DNA of 64,000 nucleotides, taken from assembly GCA_050331235.1 (NCBI GenBank), contig JBHJHA010000032.1:1-64000 (forward strand). Direction: 5' to 3'. The stretch comes from Leptolyngbyaceae cyanobacterium. Its GTDB lineage: Bacteria; Cyanobacteriota; Cyanobacteriia; Phormidesmidales; Phormidesmidaceae. The notes below the pieces were generated by a model. The model was not told the origin of the DNA and did not search any database. It saw nothing but the letters and a program-made list of their open reading frames with translations. The translations under genes were made by a program, and so were the position numbers. Position 1 is the first letter of the stretch; each line of letters begins with the position of its first letter. Of this stretch, positions 44,738 through 53,689 are shown in pieces.

Positions 44738-44776
44738 CAAACAAAATCTCGGCCATCCCCACGGGGCAGCCGAGAT
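44738..44776 (-). terminator. Terminator-like hairpin after the 44810 gene
   Basis: ATCTCGGC/GCCGAGAT arms with a U-rich tail on the minus strand. Confidence 0.6.
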
Positions 44777-44809
44777 CGTTGCCGAGTCAGCAATGGTGAA
44801 CGCTGGCTT

Positions 44810-45064
44810 TTACAAATCAGCGTAAGTATCTGGAGCGACTGACATGCCACCCTGCAACTCCACCTGCTGCTGGTCGGTGACCAAATCGTTTAAATCGTCA
44901 ATGTCAACGGCCATCTCGCTGCACGCCTTTTTCAACGCGGTTTGAAAGGCTGCAGTGTCTTCGCCATAGCCGCAGCGGTCAGCCGCGATCGCGACTCCTT
45001 CAGAAGCATTGGCCTTGGCACAATCAACCAAGACTGGGCCAGTTAATGGAGAAGAACTACTCAT
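44810..45064 (-). CDS. Conserved small hypothetical protein divergent from dps
   Basis: 84 aa with PLTG..LVDCAKANA...CGYGED; AAGGA upstream. Confidence 0.75.
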   Translation of the reverse strand: MSSSSPLTGPVLVDCAKANASEGVAIAADRCGYGEDTAAFQTALKKACSEMAVDIDDLNDLVTDQQQVELQGGMSVAPDTYADL

Positions 45065-45267
45065 TTATAAATCCTTAAATCGCTTAAATTTTTCCAATTA
45101 TAGATTTACGCTGCTGATTGCATATCTGGCCGATGGTTGATTTGGTCATTGACATAAGTCAAAAGTTAGGTAAAGAAAAGTGCGGAGTTATTTCAGGGGA
45201 TAGATGAGTCGCCATGGGGAACTGCGTATAACTAAGGTGTTAATACTCCAGAACTCAAGTAACCCCA

Positions 45268-45801
45268 ATGGCAATTAATATTGGTCTTTCTGATGAGCAA
45301 CGCCAAGGCGTTGTCGATATCCTCAACAAATGTTTGGCAGATACCTACCTCCTGCTAATCAAAACTAAAAAGTATCATTGGGATGTTATTGGCCCGCAGT
45401 TTCGGACTTTGCATGAGCTCTGGGAAGAGCAGTACGAAGCCATGACGGAAAGCATCGATGCGATCGCTGAGCGGGCTCGGACACTGGGCGGCTACCCTTT
45501 GGGCACAGCTGAGGGGTTCCTCAAGCATACTTCGCTCCGCGAGCATCCCGGTGATCTCCCCAGTGCCAACGAGATGGTGGCTCGACTCGTCACTGATCAC
45601 GAACAGATTATTCGCAACCTCCGCGAGGCTGTTGATGCTACTGCTGAGCAATTCCATGATGAAGGCACTTCTGACTTTCTGACTGGTTTAATGGAGGCCC
45701 ATGAAGAGATGGCTTGGATGCTGCGCTCTTTCTTAGAGGGGCAGTCCTTGGATGCAAGTGGCGATCGCGATACGGCACTTAACACTCCTGCTAAGGCGTA
45801 G
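45268..45801 (+). CDS. dps: Dps family DNA-protection ferritin-like protein
   Basis: YHWDVIGPQFRTLHELWEEQY, DAIAER and HEEMAWML motifs. Confidence 0.95.
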   Translation: MAINIGLSDEQRQGVVDILNKCLADTYLLLIKTKKYHWDVIGPQFRTLHELWEEQYEAMTESIDAIAERARTLGGYPLGTAEGFLKHTSLREHPGDLPSANEMVARLVTDHEQIIRNLREAVDATAEQFHDEGTSDFLTGLMEAHEEMAWMLRSFLEGQSLDASGDRDTALNTPAKA

Positions 45802-46105
45802 GTATTGCCGGGCGCAAGGTTGACACGATTCAGGTAGAGGCTGCCGGTCTCTACCTGGCTCCCCGATTATTCAATGTGTCAATCAACGCATGGGTATTCA
45901 ACTTGCGGGGAAGGCATTGGTATTTTTTAGAAGCTTTTTCACCCAATTAGTGCTTGGGCGATCGCTGATCATTGTGGCTGTTGGGTAAAAGCGTTCTTTT
46001 ATTATTTTTCTACGGTCAGTGTGATAGGGCTACTCCTGTCAATAACTTGACGTGGAAAGTTTTCAAAGTCTGGAAGTGAATGAGCGTTTTAGTGAGATTG
46101 TGGCT

Positions 46106-46255
46106 ATGAAAAGGTGTTTTAATTGCACGACTGCTGTAACCCGACACATCAGAAATCACGAAATTCATTGGTACTGTAGCCACTGTCGAGATTATATTCC
46201 GAATACATTTGCCAATTGTGCAAAACAGAGTGAAGTACTGGCTAAAGTGCTGTAG
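46106..46255 (+). CDS. Small zinc-ribbon protein (49 aa)
   Basis: CFNC...RHIR...WYCSHC, two CxxC pairs. Confidence 0.65.
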   Translation: MKRCFNCTTAVTRHIRNHEIHWYCSHCRDYIPNTFANCAKQSEVLAKVL

Positions 46256-46513
46256 CTAAAAGCTGCTGATTAGGCGATTGACTGCAGGTTAGAAGTGTTC
46301 TTAATAAGCAACCTGTAGCCTCTCTATTTTTTCGGTCTTTGGCCCGCCAAATATCAGGTTACTGATTTTGCATAGAGTTTTGCATAGCCAACAGGAGCAG
46401 TTGACTATGTTCAATATTTTTTCAACGTTTGAACTGGTTGCCGCATAGCTGCCGGTATTAAGGCTTTAATTATCCAACTTTTATCAACTTTCAAGTGACT
46501 CCATCGAGGAAAA

Positions 46514-47356
46514 ATGAAGACTACAAGACAAAGACAAACAGTCTCTACCCAGTATGAAACAGCGGCATGGATTGAGCGTCTTGCTCGGTTTGGTTATGCC
46601 GCTAAAGGCGTTGTTTACTCACTCGTGGGCATCCTCGCTTTCCAAGCAGCTTTCAACTGGGGTGGCAAGGTCAGCGGCTCTACGGGAGCCTTCAAGACAA
46701 TTGCCAGCCAGCCCTTCGGTAACGTGCTGCTATTTATCGTTGCCTTAGGGTTAGTGGGCTATGTTGTTTGGCGATTTGTCCAGGCCATATATGACCCTGA
46801 GCATGATGAGAGCGGTTGGCAGGCGGCCGCTCGACGCCTTTCCTATGCTATTAGCGGACTCATCTATGGGGCCTTGGCATTTGCGGCTTTTCGTATTGTT
46901 TTTGGTAGTGGGTCTGCTTCCTCCGGCAGCGGTAGTTCTAGTAGCCAACAAACGGCGAGTCTTTTAGCTCAGCCGTTTGGTCAATGGTTAGTCGGTTTAG
47001 TTGGCGCTGCTTCAGCTGCCTATGGTTTTTACTGTATTTATCGCGGCGTCAAAATTAAGTTTCGCAAGAAGCTGAAGATTCATGAAATGAGCTCCACAGA
47101 GCAAACCTGGGCAATTCGCATTGGTCGATTTGGTCTGATTGCTAAAGGCATCGTATCCATTATTGTGGGCTATTTCTTTGTTCAAGCGGCAAGAACAGCT
47201 AACCCGAATCAAGCCAAGACTACCGAAGGAGCATTACAAGCTATTCAGCAGCAGCCCTATGGAGCTTGGATAATGGGTATTGTTGCGTTGGGCTTACTCG
47301 CGTATGGCATTCACTTGATGGTTCAGGCCCGTTATCGACGGATATCGCCCGCGTAG
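46514..47356 (+). CDS. DUF1206 domain membrane protein
   Basis: LARFGYAAKGVVY and three QPFG/QPYG repeats. Confidence 0.9.
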   Translation: MKTTRQRQTVSTQYETAAWIERLARFGYAAKGVVYSLVGILAFQAAFNWGGKVSGSTGAFKTIASQPFGNVLLFIVALGLVGYVVWRFVQAIYDPEHDESGWQAAARRLSYAISGLIYGALAFAAFRIVFGSGSASSGSGSSSSQQTASLLAQPFGQWLVGLVGAASAAYGFYCIYRGVKIKFRKKLKIHEMSSTEQTWAIRIGRFGLIAKGIVSIIVGYFFVQAARTANPNQAKTTEGALQAIQQQPYGAWIMGIVALGLLAYGIHLMVQARYRRISPA

Positions 47357-47394
47357 TCACAAGGCTGCCTTAGCATCTTCCTTGAATTTAAGAA

Positions 47395-47437
47395 TTTGAT
47401 AAAAAAGCAGGCAAGTTGGGCCTGCTTTTTTATCAAA
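47395..47437. terminator. 18-bp perfect inverted repeat, bidirectional terminator-like
   Basis: TTTGATAAAAAAGCAGGC-aagttgg-GCCTGCTTTTTTATCAAA. Confidence 0.8.
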
Positions 47438-47598
47438 ATATGCCGTTGGGAACATGCTAGAAGAGCTGACTTGCCCCCTTTGAGGGAAGAATTAATAGGC
47501 CATTTTCAAATACTTTAGGAGCGAAGGTGAAAGGGGTAAAGTCTGGTTTTTATAACAGGGTTTGCTGCCTCTGCTGGTTGAACTAGGAGTTAATAAAC

Positions 47599-48177
47599 AT
47601 GAAAAATCAATTGCACAAAATTACTGGAATTTCTTTGTTGGCAGTGGGTCTCACGATCGCCCCAGTCAGTCAAATCGCGATCGCCCAAGACAGCCCTAGC
47701 ACTGAAAATGCGGATGCAGAACAGGAATTTGAAGATGCTGGTCAGTCGCTACAGGATGCTGGACAAGAGACAGTAGATGGCATACAAGAAACTGGCCAAA
47801 ACGTTGAACAGGGAGTAGAAAGTACTGCTGAGGATGCTGCCGAAGCTGCTGGCAGTGCAGCTCAAAGTGCTGAAAGTGCCGCACAGCAAGCCTCAGAAGC
47901 CGCCAATGATGCAGTCAACGCCGCGGAAAATGATGCTCAAGAGGCCGTGCAGAGTGCGGAAAACGCTGCTGAGCGAGCCGAGCAAGCTGCGGCTGAAACT
48001 ACCGATGCGATTGGAGATCAAGCTAACTGGGGTTGGTTAGGTTTGATTGGTCTGTTGGGTCTGTTTGGCTTAGCTGGGGGCGGACGTAAGCGCGAAGTCG
48101 TAGAAGTTCGTGAACCACACCGTACGGATGCCCGCGACGACGCCTATGCGACCCACAATAATGATGTACGCCGATGA
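47599..48177 (+). CDS. WGxxGxxG-CTERM domain protein with A/E/Q-rich repeats
   Basis: AGGAG RBS, signal peptide, NWGWLGLIGLLGLFGLAG followed by RKR. Confidence 0.88.
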   Translation: MKNQLHKITGISLLAVGLTIAPVSQIAIAQDSPSTENADAEQEFEDAGQSLQDAGQETVDGIQETGQNVEQGVESTAEDAAEAAGSAAQSAESAAQQASEAANDAVNAAENDAQEAVQSAENAAERAEQAAAETTDAIGDQANWGWLGLIGLLGLFGLAGGGRKREVVEVREPHRTDARDDAYATHNNDVRR

Positions 48178-48247
48178 TTTGCGGGATTGATGGTCGCCGC
48201 TCCGTCGTGCGACTTCAATAACGAGACACTGTCTTGGATGGATACTC

Positions 48248-48282
48248 ACGCGCTTGGCAGTTCACACTGCTAAGCGCGTTTT
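48248..48282 (+). terminator. Rho-independent terminator
   Basis: ACGCGCTTGGCAG/CTGCTAAGCGCGT followed by TTT. Confidence 0.65.
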
Positions 48283-48366
48283 CCGATGGGAGAAGGTTAT
48301 CACCGGGCTCTTAATCCGAGCGCCCGAACCGTACCGGACATAAGCTGCCTTTAAGGCTGAGGCCAT

Positions 48367-49734
48367 CTAAGCTGGTGTAGGTACGGCGATAGACCGTGTG
48401 CCTTGGTAAACCATTTCTACCCCTCCTTTCATGCCCAAGGTGACGCCACGCCGCTCAGGCTGCGCGGGGCGATCGCTAGCCAGTGAGAAATTATAGTGGG
48501 TCAATAGCGTTCCCAAAACGATTTTGAGCTCGTACATGGCGAGGGCATAGCCCACACATCGGCGCGCTCCGGCCCCAAAGGGCATAAACTCATAGGCCGA
48601 ATACTGCCGTTCTAAGAACCGCTCGGGACGAAACTCATAGGAGCGGGGATATAAGTCTTCGCGATGGTGCAGCAAGTAAATGCTGCCGACCAGCATCGTC
48701 CCCGGTGTGATGGGATATCCCATCAGCTCAAGGGGCTGATGCGCCACCCGTGGAAAAGTCAGCATGGCTACGGGGTAAATCCGCAACGTCTCATTGCACA
48801 CTGCGCCCAGGTACGGCAGCTTAGTCAATGCCGTCGCATCATCCGCAGCGGCGTGGGCCTCAATTTCGGTCAGCATTTGCTGTAAGACCTCAGGATGATG
48901 ATGTGCCCAATACAGCCCCCAAGCGATCGCGGTAGCGGTGGTCTCATGGCCGGCCACAAGCAAGGTCATGAGTTCATCATGCAGCTCGCTATCCGAAAGG
49001 CCTTTGCCTGCTTCATCCTGCGCCATGATCAGCAGCGACAGCACATCACTGCAGCTAGCATCTACTGTCGTTCGCCGTTCGCGAATTTCGGCATACAACA
49101 GATCGTCAATCTCTTGGGAGAGCCGGGCAATCTTAGCCCCAGGACTCCAGTTGCCATAGTCTTTGCGCAAAATGGGAAAGAACACGACTGTTGACGCCAA
49201 GGGCTTACTTACCATATCTAGCCGCTCTGCCAACAGTCGTTCTAGCCGCTCGTAGCGATCGCCCTCATGTAAGCCAAACACCGCCTGTAAAATGACGCGC
49301 ATCGTAATTTTTTGCGTCAGCTTGCGAGCTTGAAAAGCTTGCCCCGGCTGTAATGCATTCATCGCCTCCAGGGTGATTTCCCGGATCATGTCAGCATAAA
49401 CCTTGAGCCGCTCACCGTGAAACGGCGGCATAATCAGCTTGCGGCGCTGACGATGCTGATCGCCGTTGAGCATGATCACAGAGTTGTCTCCTAACAGCGG
49501 CTTGAGCACCTCATTAGCATCACCGGGAGAGCTGATAAGGTCGCCGGTGTCTTGACTCAAAATGGTTTTGAGGGCTTGGGGATGATTAACAAAAATCCAC
49601 TCGAAGAGTCCCCAGCGGGCAAAGAAGAAATCGCCATAGCGCTGGTAGTTCGTTTCCATGTACTCCAGCGGGCGAAAAATCCAATTAGCGAGCTGCAAAT
49701 AAGGGTAGGTCTGCGTAACTGGGATAGTAGGCAT
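48367..49734 (-). CDS. Cytochrome P450 (CYP110-like)
   Basis: AGHETT, ETLR, PERF and FGAGARRCVG motifs. Confidence 0.95.
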   Translation of the reverse strand: MPTIPVTQTYPYLQLANWIFRPLEYMETNYQRYGDFFFARWGLFEWIFVNHPQALKTILSQDTGDLISSPGDANEVLKPLLGDNSVIMLNGDQHRQRRKLIMPPFHGERLKVYADMIREITLEAMNALQPGQAFQARKLTQKITMRVILQAVFGLHEGDRYERLERLLAERLDMVSKPLASTVVFFPILRKDYGNWSPGAKIARLSQEIDDLLYAEIRERRTTVDASCSDVLSLLIMAQDEAGKGLSDSELHDELMTLLVAGHETTATAIAWGLYWAHHHPEVLQQMLTEIEAHAAADDATALTKLPYLGAVCNETLRIYPVAMLTFPRVAHQPLELMGYPITPGTMLVGSIYLLHHREDLYPRSYEFRPERFLERQYSAYEFMPFGAGARRCVGYALAMYELKIVLGTLLTHYNFSLASDRPAQPERRGVTLGMKGGVEMVYQGTRSIAVPTPA

Positions 49735-49869
49735 GGGTAATGGGGGTAAAAGCAACGGTGCCTAGGGTGCAGCCTGACGCTAAAGGATGGAATGGTGAGG
49801 TTGCAAATCTAGCTGCATAAATTCTAGCAATTGGCAACTCGCTGACTGTAGATGTTGAGCCGGTTATCT

Positions 49870-50676
49870 TTAGGTGTCCAGCGAGGGCTGTCGGCGCGCA
49901 TTAATCGATGCCAAATAGGGGGCGATCGCTTCCTGCCCCACGCTACAGGCCCGCTCATCCACCGCGAGCACATCATCACCATCGATCACCTGCCCAATCG
50001 CTACGGCTTCACCGCGATCGGGGCGCCAGTCTCGGCTGACAAATTTCTGGTCACAGTCCACCACAGCTCCGTCAAACCGATGGCCAATGGTGAAATAAAC
50101 GTCTTGCAGTACCTGAGGCACCGAAGGTCGATGCAGTTGCCCCCGTGAACTGGCACTACGCGCTTTGTACTTTGCTCGCGGAAAGAGACCATACAAATTT
50201 TTAAGCGAGGCTGAAATCAGCACTTTACCCTTGAGCGTGGTGCGCTTAAAGGTCCCGACGGAAATGCGACAGTCCACGGTTTTAAGCAGTGCCGGGGCCC
50301 ACATCGACTGAAACCGGACGGGTTCCTCGCTGTGATTGGGATACTCCGCCAGTTCTAGGGTGTCGGCATCTAAGAGCTGCATCCCTTCATCTAGGAGGTC
50401 ATAAATGCCCACCTTCCCCATGATGTCGGCAAATGCCACCTTGGAGCAGACCCCTTCAACGATCAGAATTTCAGCTTGGGGACTCGCTGAGCGCAGTCCT
50501 GCTAAGACGCGTTGCAGTACAGTCCTGCTGACGGTAGCTGGCGGCCCCACCGGATAGCCCAGATTCGGCTTGACTAAAATGCGCTGGGCGTTGACCGCCG
50601 ATTGAGGAGGCGTATAGACAAAGTCGGCGGTTGGCGTCGTGTTGACCACGGTTTGCTGGGTGATGGGCATGAACAT
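49870..50676 (-). CDS. DUF362 domain protein
   Basis: ILVKPNL, SLKNLYG and D.LAVD motifs. Confidence 0.8.
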   Translation of the reverse strand: MFMPITQQTVVNTTPTADFVYTPPQSAVNAQRILVKPNLGYPVGPPATVSRTVLQRVLAGLRSASPQAEILIVEGVCSKVAFADIMGKVGIYDLLDEGMQLLDADTLELAEYPNHSEEPVRFQSMWAPALLKTVDCRISVGTFKRTTLKGKVLISASLKNLYGLFPRAKYKARSASSRGQLHRPSVPQVLQDVYFTIGHRFDGAVVDCDQKFVSRDWRPDRGEAVAIGQVIDGDDVLAVDERACSVGQEAIAPYLASINARRQPSLDT

Positions 50677-50808
50677 GGATGAATCGACACTGAGGCCACA
50701 GAGTCCTCATTGCATCAGCGTAACGAGGTTTGAGTCAGCTTGCGGGCGATCGCGCTCTATCCCGGCTTTTACACTGGCCTGGGAACCGCTTCATCACCGC
50801 GATGCGCT

Positions 50809-53631
50809 TCAATTATCATTACTTAGCTCATTGAGAATCGTTTCCAATTCCTGCTGAGCTTGACCGTAGGCTTCCCAGTCGCCCTGCTGCAAAGCTTGGC
50901 GTCCCGCTTCGTAAGCCTCTAGCGCGGCTTGAATACGCTCGGCCTGATCAGCGGGCAAGGAAGCCGTTGGGGCCGCCGCATCGGTAGCCGGAGCCTCAGA
51001 GATCTCTGGTGCAGGGGGCAGGTCCGGCGCCACCGGGGAGGCCGCAGACTCGCCAAAGATCTCGGTGAGCGCTTCTTCCAGCGTTGCCCGCATGACAATA
51101 TCATTGTCGTAGGCCACAATCACCCGCCGCAGTTCCGGTAGTTCCCCATTTTCGGCTCGCAGGTACACCGGTTCAACATAGAGTAGCGACTGCTCAATGG
51201 GAATCACGAGCAAATCGCCCCGAATCACCCGTGACCCTTCCTGGCTCCAGAGGGTAAGCTGCTGGGAAATTTCCGGCGTTTGGTCAATGCGGGCCTCAAT
51301 TTGGCTGGGGCCAAAGACCAACTCCTGTTTGGGAAACTCGTATAGCAGTAGCTTGCCGTAGTTATCATCATCCGAGCGACCGGCCATCCACGCCACCATA
51401 TTGTCTTTGTTGATGGGGGTAAACGGGATGATTTGGATAAACTCCTCAACATCGGCCCCTGGCAGCTTCATGATGACAAAATAGGGCTCCATGCGGACTT
51501 GCTCGCCTTCATACACCTGGGTCGGAAAGCGCCACAGATCCTCCCGGTTGTAAAACACCTCGGGATCGGCCATGTGGTAAGTGCGATACATCTGGGCCTG
51601 GAGGGCAAACAAGTCCTGGGGGTAGCGAAAATGGGCCTGTACCGTTGGGGGCGTATTGGCAGCCGATTGGAATAGACCCGGAAAGATTTTTTGGTAAGTC
51701 GCGAGGATGGGATCGGCCTCGTCTACCACGTAGTAGTTGAGGGAGCCATCATAGGCGTCGATCACCACCTTGGCTGCATCGCGCACATAGTTACGCCCCC
51801 CTTGGGCCAACCGGCGAATGGTTTCATTGTTCAGCAGGGAGCCGATGTCATTACTTTGATTAAGCGGTTCAGAATAGGGATAGCGATCGCTCGAGGTGTA
51901 GGCATCGATCACCCACTTTAACCGCCCGTCAATCACGGCGATGTAAGGGTCGCTGTCATAGGTCAAAAACGGTGCGATCTGGCGAGCGCGATCGAGGACG
52001 TTGCGATGGTAGTGAATGCGCGTATCACCGCTAATGTAGTTGGAAATCAACACCTTGAGACTGCCCATGTCATAGGCATAGGCTAAGCGCCGCAACCAGC
52101 CGCCGAGGAGGACGCCCCCGGTGCCGTCATAGCGAAACAGCGCGTTGCTGTTGCCCTCAGGGTAGTCAAACTCGTCCGTGGAGGTGCCGGTAAAAACGTA
52201 GGAGTCGGTCGCTTCGCCGTAGTAAATCCGGGGCTGATCGATTTCCAGATCGACGGTGTAAACCGGCGGCACGTTTTTAATCATGAGTTGGGGCAGCCCC
52301 TCCGGTGTCACCCGATTGACCGGGCTCATGACAATGCCGTAACCATGGGTAAATTTGAGGCGCTGGTTAACCCAAGTCTGGGCCTCAGCCGGGGCCTCGC
52401 CATAGTCCAACTCCCGGGCGGAGAGCATAACTTGCCGGTAGTCGTCGTTGAGGGTGTAGCGATCTATATCAACGTCCTGAAATCGGTAATACAGGCGAAT
52501 CTCTTGCAATTGGCGATAGGTGCTCAGGAGCGGCCGATAGTCCCACAGGCGAATGTTGTCGATGGTGGAGCTGTTGTCAGTCAGCACTGCCCGGCTCAGC
52601 TCCTCCTCGGCGGGAAAGGGTTCACTCTGCACCTGGTCGAGGGCATAGGCTTCGCGGGTGAACGCAATACTGTTTTCGATGTAAGGACGCTCGCGGGTGA
52701 GCTCGTTGGGCTCGACTAAAAATCGCTGCTGAAACCAGGGATAGAGCCCGCCGACCACGACCACTACAAACAAGTAGAGACCAATGCCAAAGGTGGGCCA
52801 AACGAACCCGCTACGCCACAGCGACGCGATGAACAGGGCGGCTACGGCCAGGGTGACGAATCCCAGGGTCCAATAGGCGTGGAGCCGCGCGTGCACATCG
52901 GTATAGCCTGCGCCAAAGACTACCCCATCAGGGGAAAACAGCAAGTCAAAGCGACCCACAAAAAAGCCCACGGAGATCGCCGCCGCCAAAGCTGCCAATA
53001 GGATACAGAGATGGCTTTTGACTTCACCGGTCAAAAAATACTTCCAGCCGCGCTCGGGTCGAATTTCACCCTTGAGGGCGTAAACGCCGATCGCGAGGAT
53101 GATGGCCCAGCTCAACAGCTGCACTAACCCGGACTGGAGCCCTTCGTAAATCGGCAACCGAAAGATGTAGAAACCGATGTCTTTTTGAAACAGTGGGTCT
53201 ACGCGATCGAACGGGCTCGGATTGAGAAATTTCAGAATGTCATCCCAGGCTGCCGCACTCCGCATGGCTGCATTGAATGACAGCAAAGTAATGAGGGCGA
53301 TCGCAACGTACCGCGGCAAATAGTCGGCCAGGGCAGACAGATTGCGCTGCTCTAAAGCGCGCCACGGCGACTCCCGCGTGAGCCACAGGGCCAGGCGATA
53401 GTTGAGGTAAAGAAATCCGGCATAGCCCACCAGCGTCCCGAGCCAAATGAGGCCTTGCCAGCGAATTCGCGTCCAAAAGACGGTACCAAAGCCCACCGCA
53501 TCAAACCACCAGGACTCGGTGAAGAGATGGACGATCGCCCCCGACAAGGCGAGCAACAACAAGATGGCGATCGCTACCAAGAGAATGAGTGGCGGGCGGC
53601 TACCAAAGTCGGGTAAGTTAGCGCGTTTCAC
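50809..53631 (-). CDS. UPF0182 family membrane protein
   Basis: DPLFQKDIGFY, GAGYTDV, NIRLWD, FTHGYG and PRIYYGE motifs. Confidence 0.95.
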   Translation of the reverse strand: MKRANLPDFGSRPPLILLVAIAILLLLALSGAIVHLFTESWWFDAVGFGTVFWTRIRWQGLIWLGTLVGYAGFLYLNYRLALWLTRESPWRALEQRNLSALADYLPRYVAIALITLLSFNAAMRSAAAWDDILKFLNPSPFDRVDPLFQKDIGFYIFRLPIYEGLQSGLVQLLSWAIILAIGVYALKGEIRPERGWKYFLTGEVKSHLCILLAALAAAISVGFFVGRFDLLFSPDGVVFGAGYTDVHARLHAYWTLGFVTLAVAALFIASLWRSGFVWPTFGIGLYLFVVVVVGGLYPWFQQRFLVEPNELTRERPYIENSIAFTREAYALDQVQSEPFPAEEELSRAVLTDNSSTIDNIRLWDYRPLLSTYRQLQEIRLYYRFQDVDIDRYTLNDDYRQVMLSARELDYGEAPAEAQTWVNQRLKFTHGYGIVMSPVNRVTPEGLPQLMIKNVPPVYTVDLEIDQPRIYYGEATDSYVFTGTSTDEFDYPEGNSNALFRYDGTGGVLLGGWLRRLAYAYDMGSLKVLISNYISGDTRIHYHRNVLDRARQIAPFLTYDSDPYIAVIDGRLKWVIDAYTSSDRYPYSEPLNQSNDIGSLLNNETIRRLAQGGRNYVRDAAKVVIDAYDGSLNYYVVDEADPILATYQKIFPGLFQSAANTPPTVQAHFRYPQDLFALQAQMYRTYHMADPEVFYNREDLWRFPTQVYEGEQVRMEPYFVIMKLPGADVEEFIQIIPFTPINKDNMVAWMAGRSDDDNYGKLLLYEFPKQELVFGPSQIEARIDQTPEISQQLTLWSQEGSRVIRGDLLVIPIEQSLLYVEPVYLRAENGELPELRRVIVAYDNDIVMRATLEEALTEIFGESAASPVAPDLPPAPEISEAPATDAAAPTASLPADQAERIQAALEAYEAGRQALQQGDWEAYGQAQQELETILNELSNDN

Positions 53632-53689
53632 AATGAGCGTTGATTGATACAGTGCGTCAGTACATCTACCCTAACGAGCTTTTCCATTC

